DNA from: an uncultured Desulfosarcina sp.
Lineage (GTDB): Bacteria > Desulfobacterota > Desulfobacteria > Desulfobacterales > Desulfosarcinaceae
Direction: 5' to 3'
DNA: 64,000 nucleotides
Assembly (NCBI GenBank): GCA_963674945.2
Contig: CAXXWQ010000004.1
Location: forward strand, 1,632,001-1,696,000
A program made the translations under genes and the position numbers. This document shows, piece after piece, positions 47,760 through 57,212 of this stretch. Within the stretch, counting starts at the first letter, position 1. Every line of letters begins with the position of its first letter. Below the pieces are notes generated by a model that was given only the letters and a program-made list of their open reading frames with translations, had not been told where the DNA came from and did no database searches.

Positions 47760-48023
47760 TCATTCTGTAAACGCCGTAGCATCCAGCAATTCAAATTTTT
47801 TGATATTAATCATCCGGTGAACCTTTTTCCCGCTTTTCACGATGCCGGTGGCACGAATCGGTTGCTGAACCAGATCCAGAAAGCGTTCGCCGTTTTCGAT
47901 AATGTATTCTTCATCATCCGTTGCCGAAAGCGAGACCTCTGAAACCTGGTCGTTTTCATCCCATTCATGGGGTGTGACGATGCCAACCAGTGTTTGCATG
48001 GATTCTCTGATTTTCTTTTTCAT
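47760..48023 (-). CDS. Small hypothetical protein (possible OB fold)
   Basis: Clean ORF in a same-strand run; beta-rich pattern. Confidence 0.7.
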   Translation of the reverse strand: MKKKIRESMQTLVGIVTPHEWDENDQVSEVSLSATDDEEYIIENGERFLDLVQQPIRATGIVKSGKKVHRMINIKKFELLDATAFTE

Positions 48024-48080
48024 GTGCGCTCCGATGAAAGATGAGGGGCTCTCAACCAGTCACGGTGTGAGCCCGGAATC

Positions 48081-48371
48081 CTATTCCGCCAATGTCTGAA
48101 AAGAAGTAACGAAGAGTATCAGGGTTTCGTCATCCTTTTCGACCGTACCCGCCACCTTGACCTTCTCGCCGGCATGTTCTTCCACGAGTAAATTACCCTG
48201 GGCGGTATCGGCGATTTCATAGGATTGACCATCGTCGCCTACAAGCTGGTACATATCGTTCACCTCGCCCACGATGTTCACCGCCTCATTTGCGATGCCA
48301 CTTGATGCCCACATCGTAGCCATGACAATAATCCACAACACAAATACGTTTTTCGCTACTCCCCTTCGCAT
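48081..48371 (-). CDS. Small exported hypothetical protein (possible OB fold)
   Basis: ATG 48371 with AAAGGAG RBS; signal peptide; GEKVKVAGTV. Confidence 0.75.
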   Translation of the reverse strand: MRRGVAKNVFVLWIIVMATMWASSGIANEAVNIVGEVNDMYQLVGDDGQSYEIADTAQGNLLVEEHAGEKVKVAGTVEKDDETLILFVTSFQTLAE

Positions 48372-48444
48372 CAGCACTTCTCCTTTTCTGAAAGTTCGAT
48401 TTTCTACGATTGACCACTGAAAAATATAGCGCATCAAATAATAC

Positions 48445-48461
48445 AGCAATGACCACGCCAA
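48445..48461 (-). promoter_or_regulatory. Sigma54 (-24/-12) promoter
   Basis: Minus strand TTGGCGTGGTCATTGCT: GG-N10-GC. Confidence 0.7.
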
Positions 48462-48465
48462 CTTT

Positions 48466-50160
48466 TTAACATATTGGTATGTAAGTGATTATTGAGTTTG
48501 CATGCCGATATGGGGAGAAAAACAGGTCATTTGGATTCCGCTTTTTTACAAACCGGAACCGATGATTCCGAATCATGCCGGCGTATTCAGGGCATTCACC
48601 ATCAGGCGGCGATCCTGGGATCCATGGACGGATCGGCAGGTGAACCCTTGCATGGGGCATGGGAGTTTTCAGTACGCTTGCATACTGGTCGACGATCTTT
48701 TGTACCCACGCATCTGTGCCATGGTTCACCATACTCTCGGCCATGATTCGTTTCACCTGTCGGATTTTGTAAGCAGTCGGCCGCCGGTAAAACGCCATGG
48801 CCTGATCCAGGGCCCAAAGTAATCCCGGCCGATCGAAATCACGGAAAAAAAACCCGCTTCCGCCATCGGTATCCGTGTTCAACAAGGTGACACCATCGTG
48901 AACCGCCCCCCCATCGTAGGTGATGGGAATGCTGCCATAGCACTGACCGATTTTGCAGGAAAGCGCTATGGCGTTGCAAAAGGATGGCATAAGCACGAAA
49001 TCCGATCCGGCACAGGCCAGCCGGTATCGCCTAGCGTCGAAATCGCACACCGTGGCACGCTTTGAAGCATGCAGTCGTTGGATCATTCCGCGCAAATGAT
49101 CCTGGAAATCACCGTCGGCAACAAACACGATCTGAAGACGCGGCTCCCGGTACCGCGCAAGAATGTCGGCCAGGGTATCGGCCATCAGGCGGCAACCGGG
49201 ACGGGAGCCGTCCAGCCGGGACGGCCAGAGACACACCGGCGACGTGGTATCCATGGAAAGGTTCAAAATTTCCTGAAGATGCAACTTGTTGAAAAGCTTG
49301 CCGGGATAATGGTCCTCGGGTCCGTAGGATCGCATCAGGTCAGCGTCATTGGCAGGATTGAAGGAGGCATCCGGGACCGGTGCCAATGCGCAAAGACGAT
49401 CGGCCCGTAACTTGCCGGCCAATTCGATCTTCAGCCCGCCATCGATCCGGCCATCGCCGGTATCCATCAACCATTTTTGAAACGTTTCACTACATGTGAA
49501 GACGGATTGAGCGGCAAACACACCAGTGGTCAACAGGTCCAAGGGGTTGGCATTGCGGGTTTCTTCGTAACTGGCCGGCATGCGCGCGTAAAAGCAGTGC
49601 CGCCAGAATGTTGCGGCATCGATGCCCCGCTCTTCGATGGTCGACAGAAGCAGTCTCGCCGAATCCGTTCGATGGAAGGTGAAGAAACAGGGAATGCCCA
49701 TCTGGCGTGCCATGGCCGGTACCAGCCCCGTCATCCAGCCGAAGCAGTGGATCAGGTCCGGTCGCACTTCCGGGATGATGCGGTTGATCACTTCCCGCTG
49801 AAAGGCAAGGGAGATGCGGAGATTGTCCCAGTTTGCCGTCAGAGATAATTTGGAATGGTGGTAAAAGGAGCAGTCTTGGGCAAGATGGATACGATGAAAG
49901 GGTGGTTCGTCATCTCGCCGGGAAATATCGCGTCCCGTCGTCCCACGGGCGCAGGCCCTGAAAATGTCGCGGTAGTTGGGCAGGGCCAGGTGCACATCCA
50001 TTCCACAGTTCAAAAACGCATGGATCTGTAATGCGCAGATGTCGCCGAGTCCGCCGGCACGGGCGGAAATGGCGTGCCACTTCGGCCCCATACCCTGCGG
50101 GACGGTGGTCACTTCCGGAGTGACGATCAACAATCGAAATGGACGATTACGACGGGTCAT
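48466..50160 (-). CDS. Degenerate glycogen synthase paralog (catalytic motifs altered)
   Basis: Collinear with glgA at 35585-37096, but has RAGGLGD, IHCFGW, TFHR, RLDGSRPG, MPSFCNAIAL. Confidence 0.8.
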   Translation of the reverse strand: MTRRNRPFRLLIVTPEVTTVPQGMGPKWHAISARAGGLGDICALQIHAFLNCGMDVHLALPNYRDIFRACARGTTGRDISRRDDEPPFHRIHLAQDCSFYHHSKLSLTANWDNLRISLAFQREVINRIIPEVRPDLIHCFGWMTGLVPAMARQMGIPCFFTFHRTDSARLLLSTIEERGIDAATFWRHCFYARMPASYEETRNANPLDLLTTGVFAAQSVFTCSETFQKWLMDTGDGRIDGGLKIELAGKLRADRLCALAPVPDASFNPANDADLMRSYGPEDHYPGKLFNKLHLQEILNLSMDTTSPVCLWPSRLDGSRPGCRLMADTLADILARYREPRLQIVFVADGDFQDHLRGMIQRLHASKRATVCDFDARRYRLACAGSDFVLMPSFCNAIALSCKIGQCYGSIPITYDGGAVHDGVTLLNTDTDGGSGFFFRDFDRPGLLWALDQAMAFYRRPTAYKIRQVKRIMAESMVNHGTDAWVQKIVDQYASVLKTPMPHARVHLPIRPWIPGSPPDGECPEYAGMIRNHRFRFVKKRNPNDLFFSPYRHANSIITYIPIC

Positions 50161-50621
50161 GCCTTCTTCTCCCTCGGCCCGGCGATTCGATTCCGGCAAA
50201 GGGTGGGATTATAAGATCGGCTATTAAAGACCGTAAACAGACCAACCGGTTTTAATAAAAGATTGTACTGAAATGGAACCGTCGCTGTTCTATGGGGAAT
50301 TGGCGATCGCTGGGTGTTTGCAAGGAGTCAGGGTTTTGGAAACCGTGGGCAGTCGTTGGCAAATGACCGCTGGAGTTTCGAATCAATGCGCATAAATAAT
50401 TTGTATAAAAGCCCCCTGGATCTGTCAACTGATTTTGTCTTGTCGTTCTGCACGGTATCACGGCAAAGATGCCCACAGGCTATCGAAATAGAATTTATTT
50501 CAAAAAATTCTGTAACTATTTTTCCTTTTGGTTGTTATATCAGAATGAAATCTAAATAATAAATGCCCCACGCAGCGTGCAAACCTCAGGAAGAAAAAGC
50601 AATCAAGAAAAGAAAATAACA

Positions 50622-50698
50622 CGGTTGTAGCGACGAGACGCGAACCCGCAACCGTCCCGCTTGTCAAGCGGGGCGTTCAAACCAAACTGCCCGCTCTT
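50622..50698 (-). pseudogene. Degenerate tRNA-like sequence related to tRNA-Asp (loop reads GAC)
   Basis: Aligns over nearly its full length to 62024-62101; anticodon and T stems still pair; D and acceptor stems broken; no CCA. Confidence 0.7.
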
Positions 50699-50732
50699 GG
50701 CTTCGAACTGTTTTTATTTCCTGCGACCATAA

Positions 50733-50764
50733 CAAAAAAGCCTGTCACCGCAGGGTAACAGGCT
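50733..50764 (-). terminator. Terminator, probably the original tRNA-operon terminator displaced by integration
   Basis: agcctgtcacc/ggtaacaggct stem plus A-run, directly beyond the att copy. Confidence 0.7.
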
Positions 50765-50766
50765 AT

Positions 50767-50814
50767 AAGTGGCGGGAGCGACGAGACTCGAACTCGCGAC
50801 CTCCGGCGTGACAG
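50767..50814. repeat. att site, distal copy (tRNA-Asp 3' half)
   Basis: aagtggcgggagcgacgagactcgaactcgcgacctccggcgtgacag is identical to 62021-62068. Confidence 0.97.
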
Positions 50815-50863
50815 AACGACCCAAGCGTATTTTCACCTTTATTTACCGCACATTAGAAACACC

Positions 50864-50906
50864 AAAAGCCGTTTAGAGCCGTTAAAAGCCGTCTAAAAAG
50901 CCGTCA
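50864..50906. repeat. Putative integrase arm-type sites (4x AGCCGT)
   Basis: aaaagccgtctaaaaagccgtca matches 61935-61957 at 22/23 positions. Confidence 0.75.
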
Positions 50907-51321
50907 GCCCATCCGGCCCCAACCGGTGCCTTCAAGCCCCACTCCGCTCATCCCCATCTGCCAAGCAGGGATGATTGTCGACGTTGACAATCCCAGCCAA
51001 CCTTTTCGAACCGGCCGAAAAATAATCGCCCCGACCGTCATCACCGATTACACCGCAGAGTGAGTGTCACAGGCTCCCGTGACAGTGTAATGACAAACGT
51101 AACGCGAAAGTGTAATGAAACGGCAAAAAGTGTAAAATAAACGTAATTACAGGGGGATGGCGATTACAGTAGCCATCCCCCTCATCAAGCCAAGGCATAG
51201 ATACATCCTCAATAAAACTAACAAAAAAACAGGCGTAAATAGTCAGAAATCTTGACAAATTTCACTCTTATGATACATAGGGACCATCCTCGATTGTTTT
51301 CACTCTAACCACAAAAATTGT

Positions 51322-51753
51322 ATGGACACCCTTTCCCCAAAAGAACGTAGCGAACGTATGTCAATGATTCGGGGCAAGGATTCGAAACCTGAAATGAAGC
51401 TCAGGCGTCTTGTTCACGGAATGGGGTTCCGGTATCGCCTGCACGTAAAGGATTTGCCAGGAAAACCAGATCTTGTCTTCAAATCCAGGAAGGCCGTCAT
51501 TTTCGTTCATGGATGCTTCTGGCATCGACACGGGGGATGCAAACTGGCACGCATACCCAAGTCAAGGGTTGACTTCTGGACTGAAAAACTGGAATCAAAT
51601 AGAATACGGGATAACCTTGTTAGGGAACAACTACGACAGGCTGGTTGGCGGGTACTTGTGGTATGGGAATGTCAGTTGAGGGGGGACCCAGCCAAAACAT
51701 CGAAAATAGTTGAGGACTTCCTGACCAAAGCAGATCGAGAGGTAAGAAAATGA
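51322..51753 (+). CDS. vsr: Very-short-patch repair endonuclease
   Basis: RS..MS.IRGKDSKPE, LPGKPD, FVHGCFWH, VVWEC. Confidence 0.95.
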   Translation: MDTLSPKERSERMSMIRGKDSKPEMKLRRLVHGMGFRYRLHVKDLPGKPDLVFKSRKAVIFVHGCFWHRHGGCKLARIPKSRVDFWTEKLESNRIRDNLVREQLRQAGWRVLVVWECQLRGDPAKTSKIVEDFLTKADREVRK

Positions 51754-52964
51754 AAACGGTTGAACTGTTCGCTGGGGCCGGAGGGCTTGCCATGGGTATT
51801 TCCTTGGCTGGCTTCGAGCCTCTTGCAGTTGTTGAATGGGATCGATGGGCTTGTGATACAATCAGGGAGAACCAAAAACGTGGGTTTCCGCTGGTTCAGG
51901 ATTGGCCCCTTTGGGAAGGTGATGTTCGAGGTTTTGATTGGTCATCGATTCCAGAAGACGTTGATCTACTTGCCGGTGGGCCACCTTGCCAACCATTCTC
52001 AATGGGCGGTAAGCATAAGGCCTATGGCGATAAACGAGACATGTTCCCCGCAACAGTGGAGATCGTCCGTAAACTTCAACCAAAAGCCTTTCTTATCGAG
52101 AACGTGAAGGGCCTGACCCGAACGAATTTTAGCAACTACTATCAGTACATTCTTTTCCAGTTGGAGTTTCCAGAGGTAATCCGCAATGAAAAAGAGACCT
52201 GGATGGAGCATCTGGAACGATTACAAGCAGAGAAAACATCTGGTGAAAAGCATTTCACGGGCTTGACTTACAATATCGTGCCCACCCTGGTAAACGCTGC
52301 GGACTACGGTATTCCACAAAAACGTGAACGGGTTTTCATTGTTGGCTTCCGATCCGATTTGGGTGTCGAGTGGTCCTTCCCACGACCTACGCACAGTTTT
52401 GATGCTCTTCTTTATTCGCAGTGGGTTTCGGGTCACTACTGGGACCATCATCGAGTGTCGAGACGCAATCGCCCTGCCATGCCTTCAACACATCAAGCAA
52501 GAGTTCGCAAACTTTCCGCAGGACTATTTCCAAACCTTGAACGTCCTTGGCGAACAGTAAGGGACGCACTGGAAGACCTACCCGATCCCCGTTCCCGTAA
52601 TGCCAAGATGTTTCTGAACCACACCTTTCAGGCTGGTGCAAGGGTGTATCCTGGCCACACTGGTAGCCCGCTCGACCTTCCAGCGAAAACGCTCAAAGCT
52701 GGTGATCATGGTGTGCCGGGTGGAGAGAACATGATGGTGCTTCCAGACGGTGGTGTTAGGTATTTCAGCGTCCGAGAGTCTTCGAGATTGCAAACGTTTC
52801 CCGATGGATACATTTTCCACGGATCGTGGACGGAAACGATGCGTCAACTGGGTAATGCGGTGCCGGTTTCTCTTGCCCTTCGAATAGCGGCATCAATGGC
52901 CGAGCGACTATCCGAGGCTGGATTGCGGAATCTTTCGAATGTTCGTCAAAGGAGCATCGCATGA
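51750..52964 (+). CDS. C5 DNA cytosine methyltransferase
   Basis: ELFAGAGG, GGPPCQPFS, ENV, QKRER, QLGNAVP. Confidence 0.97.
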   Translation: MKTVELFAGAGGLAMGISLAGFEPLAVVEWDRWACDTIRENQKRGFPLVQDWPLWEGDVRGFDWSSIPEDVDLLAGGPPCQPFSMGGKHKAYGDKRDMFPATVEIVRKLQPKAFLIENVKGLTRTNFSNYYQYILFQLEFPEVIRNEKETWMEHLERLQAEKTSGEKHFTGLTYNIVPTLVNAADYGIPQKRERVFIVGFRSDLGVEWSFPRPTHSFDALLYSQWVSGHYWDHHRVSRRNRPAMPSTHQARVRKLSAGLFPNLERPWRTVRDALEDLPDPRSRNAKMFLNHTFQAGARVYPGHTGSPLDLPAKTLKAGDHGVPGGENMMVLPDGGVRYFSVRESSRLQTFPDGYIFHGSWTETMRQLGNAVPVSLALRIAASMAERLSEAGLRNLSNVRQRSIA

Positions 52965-53605
52965 CGGACAATAAGGTTGTCCCATTCAACCCACTCGACA
53001 AGCGACATCTGGGTGAGAGTGTCGCCCAGGCCATGCTCCGGAAGCCGTCCATCCACATGACCGAACTGGAACGATTCGATGGTGCCGGAATCTACGCGAT
53101 CTATTATTCTGGCAACTTTGAGGCCTATGAAGCCATAGCCAGTAGAAACAAGGAGGGGCGATTTCTCGCTCCCATCTATGTTGGCAAGGCAGTTCCAAAG
53201 GGTTCCAGGAAGGGGGGCGATCTGGAATCAAGCCCTGGACAGGTCCTGTATAGCCGGTTGGCACAACATCAACGGAGCATTGAGGAGGCAACAAATCTTG
53301 ACGTGGCTGATTTTTATTGTCGCTACTTGGTCGTTGACGACATCTGGATTCCTCTTGGTGAATCACTGATAATCGCCAAGTTTCTCCCGCTCTGGAATCA
53401 ACTTATCGATGGCTTTGGCAATCACGATCCTGGAAAAGGACGTTATGCCGGTTTCAGACCTCGTTGGGATGTCCTTCATCCAGGCCGTCCATGGGCAGAA
53501 AAATGCAGGGAACGCGAGGAAACCAGTGAACAAATCGTCATTGAGGTAAAGGATTACCTTCGCAATAATCCTCCCCCAGATGATATAACTATGATTACAT
53601 TTTGA
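52961..53605 (+). CDS. Eco29kI-family GIY-YIG restriction endonuclease
   Basis: GIYAIYY...IYVGKA, PLWN..IDGFGNHDPGKGR, WD.LHPGR.WA. Confidence 0.93.
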   Translation: MTDNKVVPFNPLDKRHLGESVAQAMLRKPSIHMTELERFDGAGIYAIYYSGNFEAYEAIASRNKEGRFLAPIYVGKAVPKGSRKGGDLESSPGQVLYSRLAQHQRSIEEATNLDVADFYCRYLVVDDIWIPLGESLIIAKFLPLWNQLIDGFGNHDPGKGRYAGFRPRWDVLHPGRPWAEKCREREETSEQIVIEVKDYLRNNPPPDDITMITF

Positions 53606-53914
53606 CTATTTGGTGAGCATCCTTCTTGTTTTCCGATCAAGGCAATTCGAGGATGTCATACGGCCAACCTTTTTTGCGTCTTAAATCAGCACCCAAGCCA
53701 TTTTGAGTCAAAGATTATCAAACATCTTGAAATTCCATCTGATTGTTGATACAAAATTCTAACCGCTCCATCTCCATAGATCCTTCCACAAACCACGGTT
53801 ATGTTGTTGGTGAGGCATCGTTTATGTCGCTGAATCGATCCGCTCCAAGTGTCTCTTGCCTAATTCGCCTGCCCATGTTCGGCTGTTTCGACTCTATCAG
53901 ATTGGAGATCGCAG

Positions 53915-54880
53915 ATGAGTGAAGAAAAATACCTTGGCTATTTGAAGTACTCTGGTGAAATGGTTGATAGTGGATTTTTTGATGCCCGCAAATCCGCACA
54001 AGCCCTAATAGGTTTTGACGAGGCCATTCGATTTTTTGTCGGCGAGCAGAATCCTGATCTGAAAAATGTCGATTTTGAGTTACCTGTTCAGGTCCGAAAA
54101 GGATCTTGGGAGGTTTGGTTACCCGAAATAATCGAAAAAGGAATGATAGTTGCCAGCGTTGGTGTTGGAACTTATCTGGCAACCGCCGCAAAAAAGATGG
54201 CTGAAAATGATTTTCAAAACATAGGCTTGAAGGACGTCTTTCGAAAATCGTTGGAAGGCATACAATGGCTGATAAGGATCGGAAAGCATTTAGGCGATTT
54301 GAATCAGAAAAAGTTCAAAAATGTAAAGTTCAGAAAGGATAATCAAGAGATCGGCCTTCCAAACGCAAAAGGAGAACCGTTGTTTGTTCCACGCTTTTTC
54401 TTTGAACTATTTCAGTCGAGCAATCCAAAGATACTTGCCAAGATTGCCGAACTGGTAGAAGACCAGCGACTTCTTACCGTGGGTGTATTCGACAAGGAGG
54501 GCAAGCCACTTGAAGAACCCTTGCCAAGGCGTTTTCGACACGTTTTCACCCGAGAGAATACAGAACCCCAGGATGTCCTATTCCCGGAACTCGAACACGG
54601 CCAAATCGTGAGCCTCGAAGGAGATGTCACCCGTGGCAATGAGACTACCAACTCTATTGGATTCAGGTACGAAGGCCATATCTTGTCCTGTGAACCAGGT
54701 AGAGGTAGTATCAAACGATTTAAAACGACATTGTTTGAGAAAGCCAGGATTCACGGCACTATCAGTCGTGCTGACTTGTTCGGTGGGTTCAATGCCAAGA
54801 AACCAAAAATAATCATCGATCAAATAGAATCCATTGAAGTGGAGAGCAATCAACCCTCTCTTTTCAAAGACAATAAATAG
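53915..54880 (+). CDS. Hypothetical protein (island cargo)
   Basis: 321-aa ORF with GGAG RBS; no motif recognised. Confidence 0.8.
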   Translation: MSEEKYLGYLKYSGEMVDSGFFDARKSAQALIGFDEAIRFFVGEQNPDLKNVDFELPVQVRKGSWEVWLPEIIEKGMIVASVGVGTYLATAAKKMAENDFQNIGLKDVFRKSLEGIQWLIRIGKHLGDLNQKKFKNVKFRKDNQEIGLPNAKGEPLFVPRFFFELFQSSNPKILAKIAELVEDQRLLTVGVFDKEGKPLEEPLPRRFRHVFTRENTEPQDVLFPELEHGQIVSLEGDVTRGNETTNSIGFRYEGHILSCEPGRGSIKRFKTTLFEKARIHGTISRADLFGGFNAKKPKIIIDQIESIEVESNQPSLFKDNK

Positions 54881-55188
54881 CAAGCCCCACCTGGACCTCC
54901 ACCAAGAAAAATCCACCCATCGTAGCCGAAAGTTCTAAACTCGGCCCAGTGTGTTTCGTTGCGTCCCTATGTATGAGAAGGAGTATAGCCCCGTGTCGTA
55001 TTTTATACGGCCCACGCCTTCATTTCCATCGTCCACATCGTCCAACCTTCCAGCATCATCAAAAACCCACACAAATAGAGTTCTCCCACCGCTGGTGAGT
55101 TTTTCTGTTACAACCCTTCATTACACACTAATCCATAGGCGATCTGTCATCACGGCAGGTCGCTTTTTTTGCGTTCAAAGGAGGCATC

Positions 55189-55476
55189 ATGAACAAGACA
55201 ATCGAATTGTGTCAAATCGTTGCCCGTGCCATAAACCACACGACTTGGAACATTCCCCGCATTCGTGATGGTGATGGTCGCTGGCGAAACATCAACAATG
55301 CTAATCTGGTCGTGAATCAGAACCGTATCAATGGCCACGACCATTACGAAGACGCCATCTTCCGTGCCAAGCGGATAATGGAACAGCGTGGCTGGATTAC
55401 CAAGATTACGGACCACAAGGAGCCGTGCCACGAGCACTTGTATTACCATCATTATCGATTGAGGTGCTGGAAATAG
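55189..55476 (+). CDS. Hypothetical protein
   Basis: AGGAGG RBS; 95 aa. Confidence 0.7.
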   Translation: MNKTIELCQIVARAINHTTWNIPRIRDGDGRWRNINNANLVVNQNRINGHDHYEDAIFRAKRIMEQRGWITKITDHKEPCHEHLYYHHYRLRCWK

Positions 55477-55607
55477 GATAAACCATTCACCGTTTTTCCG
55501 TGCCACGGAAAAATGATCTAACCCATAAATCGAGCCAGCAGAGAGGGCAGTTTCCGGTTTTTACCCGCCGGACTGCCCTTTTTGCGTTTGGTGGAAAGGA
55601 AATCCTT

Positions 55608-55799
55608 ATGACGAAAGAGCAGGAACGGCTTTATCAAGAGCCAGATGAGTTGAGACGGCTATTGGAAAAGGTTCTGAACGGCAGGAAGTTCAAGTTGGAT
55701 TGTGGACACCATTACACCGCTGGAACCAACCTTGGCAACGACATCACTATTCGCAATGGCGAGCATCCAACTATCATTTGTAGCCAGTGCGGGTATTAG
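55608..55799 (+). CDS. Small putative zinc-binding protein
   Basis: AAAGGA RBS, ATG 55608; LDCGHH...ICSQC. Confidence 0.7.
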   Translation: MTKEQERLYQEPDELRRLLEKVLNGRKFKLDCGHHYTAGTNLGNDITIRNGEHPTIICSQCGY

Positions 55800-55892
55800 C
55801 AAACCTGCTGTATCAATCATTGACGAAGACCATTTGTCCGGGCGGGCAGATGGTTTTTTTGTTTCTGGACCCAATGATAAGGAGAAATACCG

Positions 55893-56702
55893 ATGAGACC
55901 AAAAGTGAAAGAGACGTTGGACAAGATTATCACGCGTTTTGAGTCAGGCGATATTCCCGAAGCAGTTGCTTACGCAATGTTTCCTATTCCAGAGATTCCC
56001 TGTGCCAATTGGAGCCTGTTGAACCGCACGCTGGTGTTCTTGTCTGGCACTATGGACGCCCGTGGTATTCGCCAGTGGAACAGCGTAAACCGCTCCGTGA
56101 AGAAGGGCACCAAGGCTCTCTACATCCTGGTGCCATATATGAAGCACGTTGAAGATGACCTTGGAGAAAATCAGGCGAAACTATTAGGTTTCGGTGTTTC
56201 CCCAGTTTTCCGAGTTGAAGACACGGACGGGGAACCATTGGAATACGAAAACTTGGAAGTGCCAGAGTTTCCACTAATGGATCGTGCCAGTGATTGGGGC
56301 ATTTCTGTGAAGGCCGTTCCCGGCAACTATCGCTATTTCGGGTATTATTCATCCGGTCGACAGGAAATAGCCCTGGCCACAAATCAGGAGGTCGTCTTTT
56401 TTCACGAGATGGCCCACGCTGGTCATCACATTGTCAAAGGTGCTCTCCGACCGGGCCAAGATCCGCTTCAAGAGATTGTCGCTGAACTATCGGCATCGGC
56501 GTTGGCAATGATGGTGGGCAAGTCTATCGAGGACACTACCGGCAATAACTTTCGCTACATCAAACGGTATGCTGACCAGTTGAAAATGAGTGTCCATTCT
56601 GCCTGCCTGAAAGTTTTATCTGACACCGAAAAGGTGCTCAACCTGATAATCTACAATACCATTGAAGGAGAGGACTATGCTTCTCACCGGAAGGTCGCAT
56701 AA
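55893..56702 (+). CDS. ArdC-like antirestriction protein (ssDNA-binding domain plus zincin domain)
   Basis: WS..N...ARG..QW...R.VKKG.KA..I..P, VF....TDG; HEMAH and EIVAE. Confidence 0.85.
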   Translation: MRPKVKETLDKIITRFESGDIPEAVAYAMFPIPEIPCANWSLLNRTLVFLSGTMDARGIRQWNSVNRSVKKGTKALYILVPYMKHVEDDLGENQAKLLGFGVSPVFRVEDTDGEPLEYENLEVPEFPLMDRASDWGISVKAVPGNYRYFGYYSSGRQEIALATNQEVVFFHEMAHAGHHIVKGALRPGQDPLQEIVAELSASALAMMVGKSIEDTTGNNFRYIKRYADQLKMSVHSACLKVLSDTEKVLNLIIYNTIEGEDYASHRKVA

Positions 56703-56827
56703 ACGTATTGTAAGGCCATTTGTGAGAAGTTCTGGCTAAACGAATACAATCTATCAAATAAACAAGAAAGGCGTCTTATTGGGCTTCTACGGCCCCCTGG
56801 ACGCTTTTTCTGCTCTTGGAGGATAAA

Positions 56828-57007
56828 ATGATTTATCGCGTTGTGTGTGCCTGGTGTGGCAAGGAAATGGGAGTAAAGGAAGGTCCTGGCTCAAAGGATA
56901 AAAATAGAGCCATCACACATTCCATCTGTGAGTTCTGTAAAGCCAAGGCAATAGAAGAAATAGAGCAATTGAAAAAAGGAGGTTCCGAATGTGCGATGAT
57001 TTCATAG
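56828..57007 (+). CDS. Small zinc-finger-like protein
   Basis: GGAGG RBS; VCAWC...THSICEFC. Confidence 0.75.
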   Translation: MIYRVVCAWCGKEMGVKEGPGSKDKNRAITHSICEFCKAKAIEEIEQLKKGGSECAMIS

Positions 57008-57174
57008 ATTATGATGGTGATGATTTTTGGGATGGCCCGGACTGGGAAGATTGGATGATCATCGGCCCTTTGTCCGAAGACATAGCCAGGGAAAGGAGCG
57101 AGCAGGAGCGTATTCAAAAGGAACTTGACGACGAGCCAGACGAGTATTGGAATATGATAAACAAAAAATGGTGA
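56989..57174 (+). CDS. Small, very acidic protein
   Basis: AGGAGG RBS; Asp/Glu/Trp-rich, 61 aa. Confidence 0.7.
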   Translation: MCDDFIDYDGDDFWDGPDWEDWMIIGPLSEDIARERSEQERIQKELDDEPDEYWNMINKKW

Positions 57175-57212
57175 TACAGGAATAAACTCTCAAACCGAAA
57201 AGTGAACTGAAA

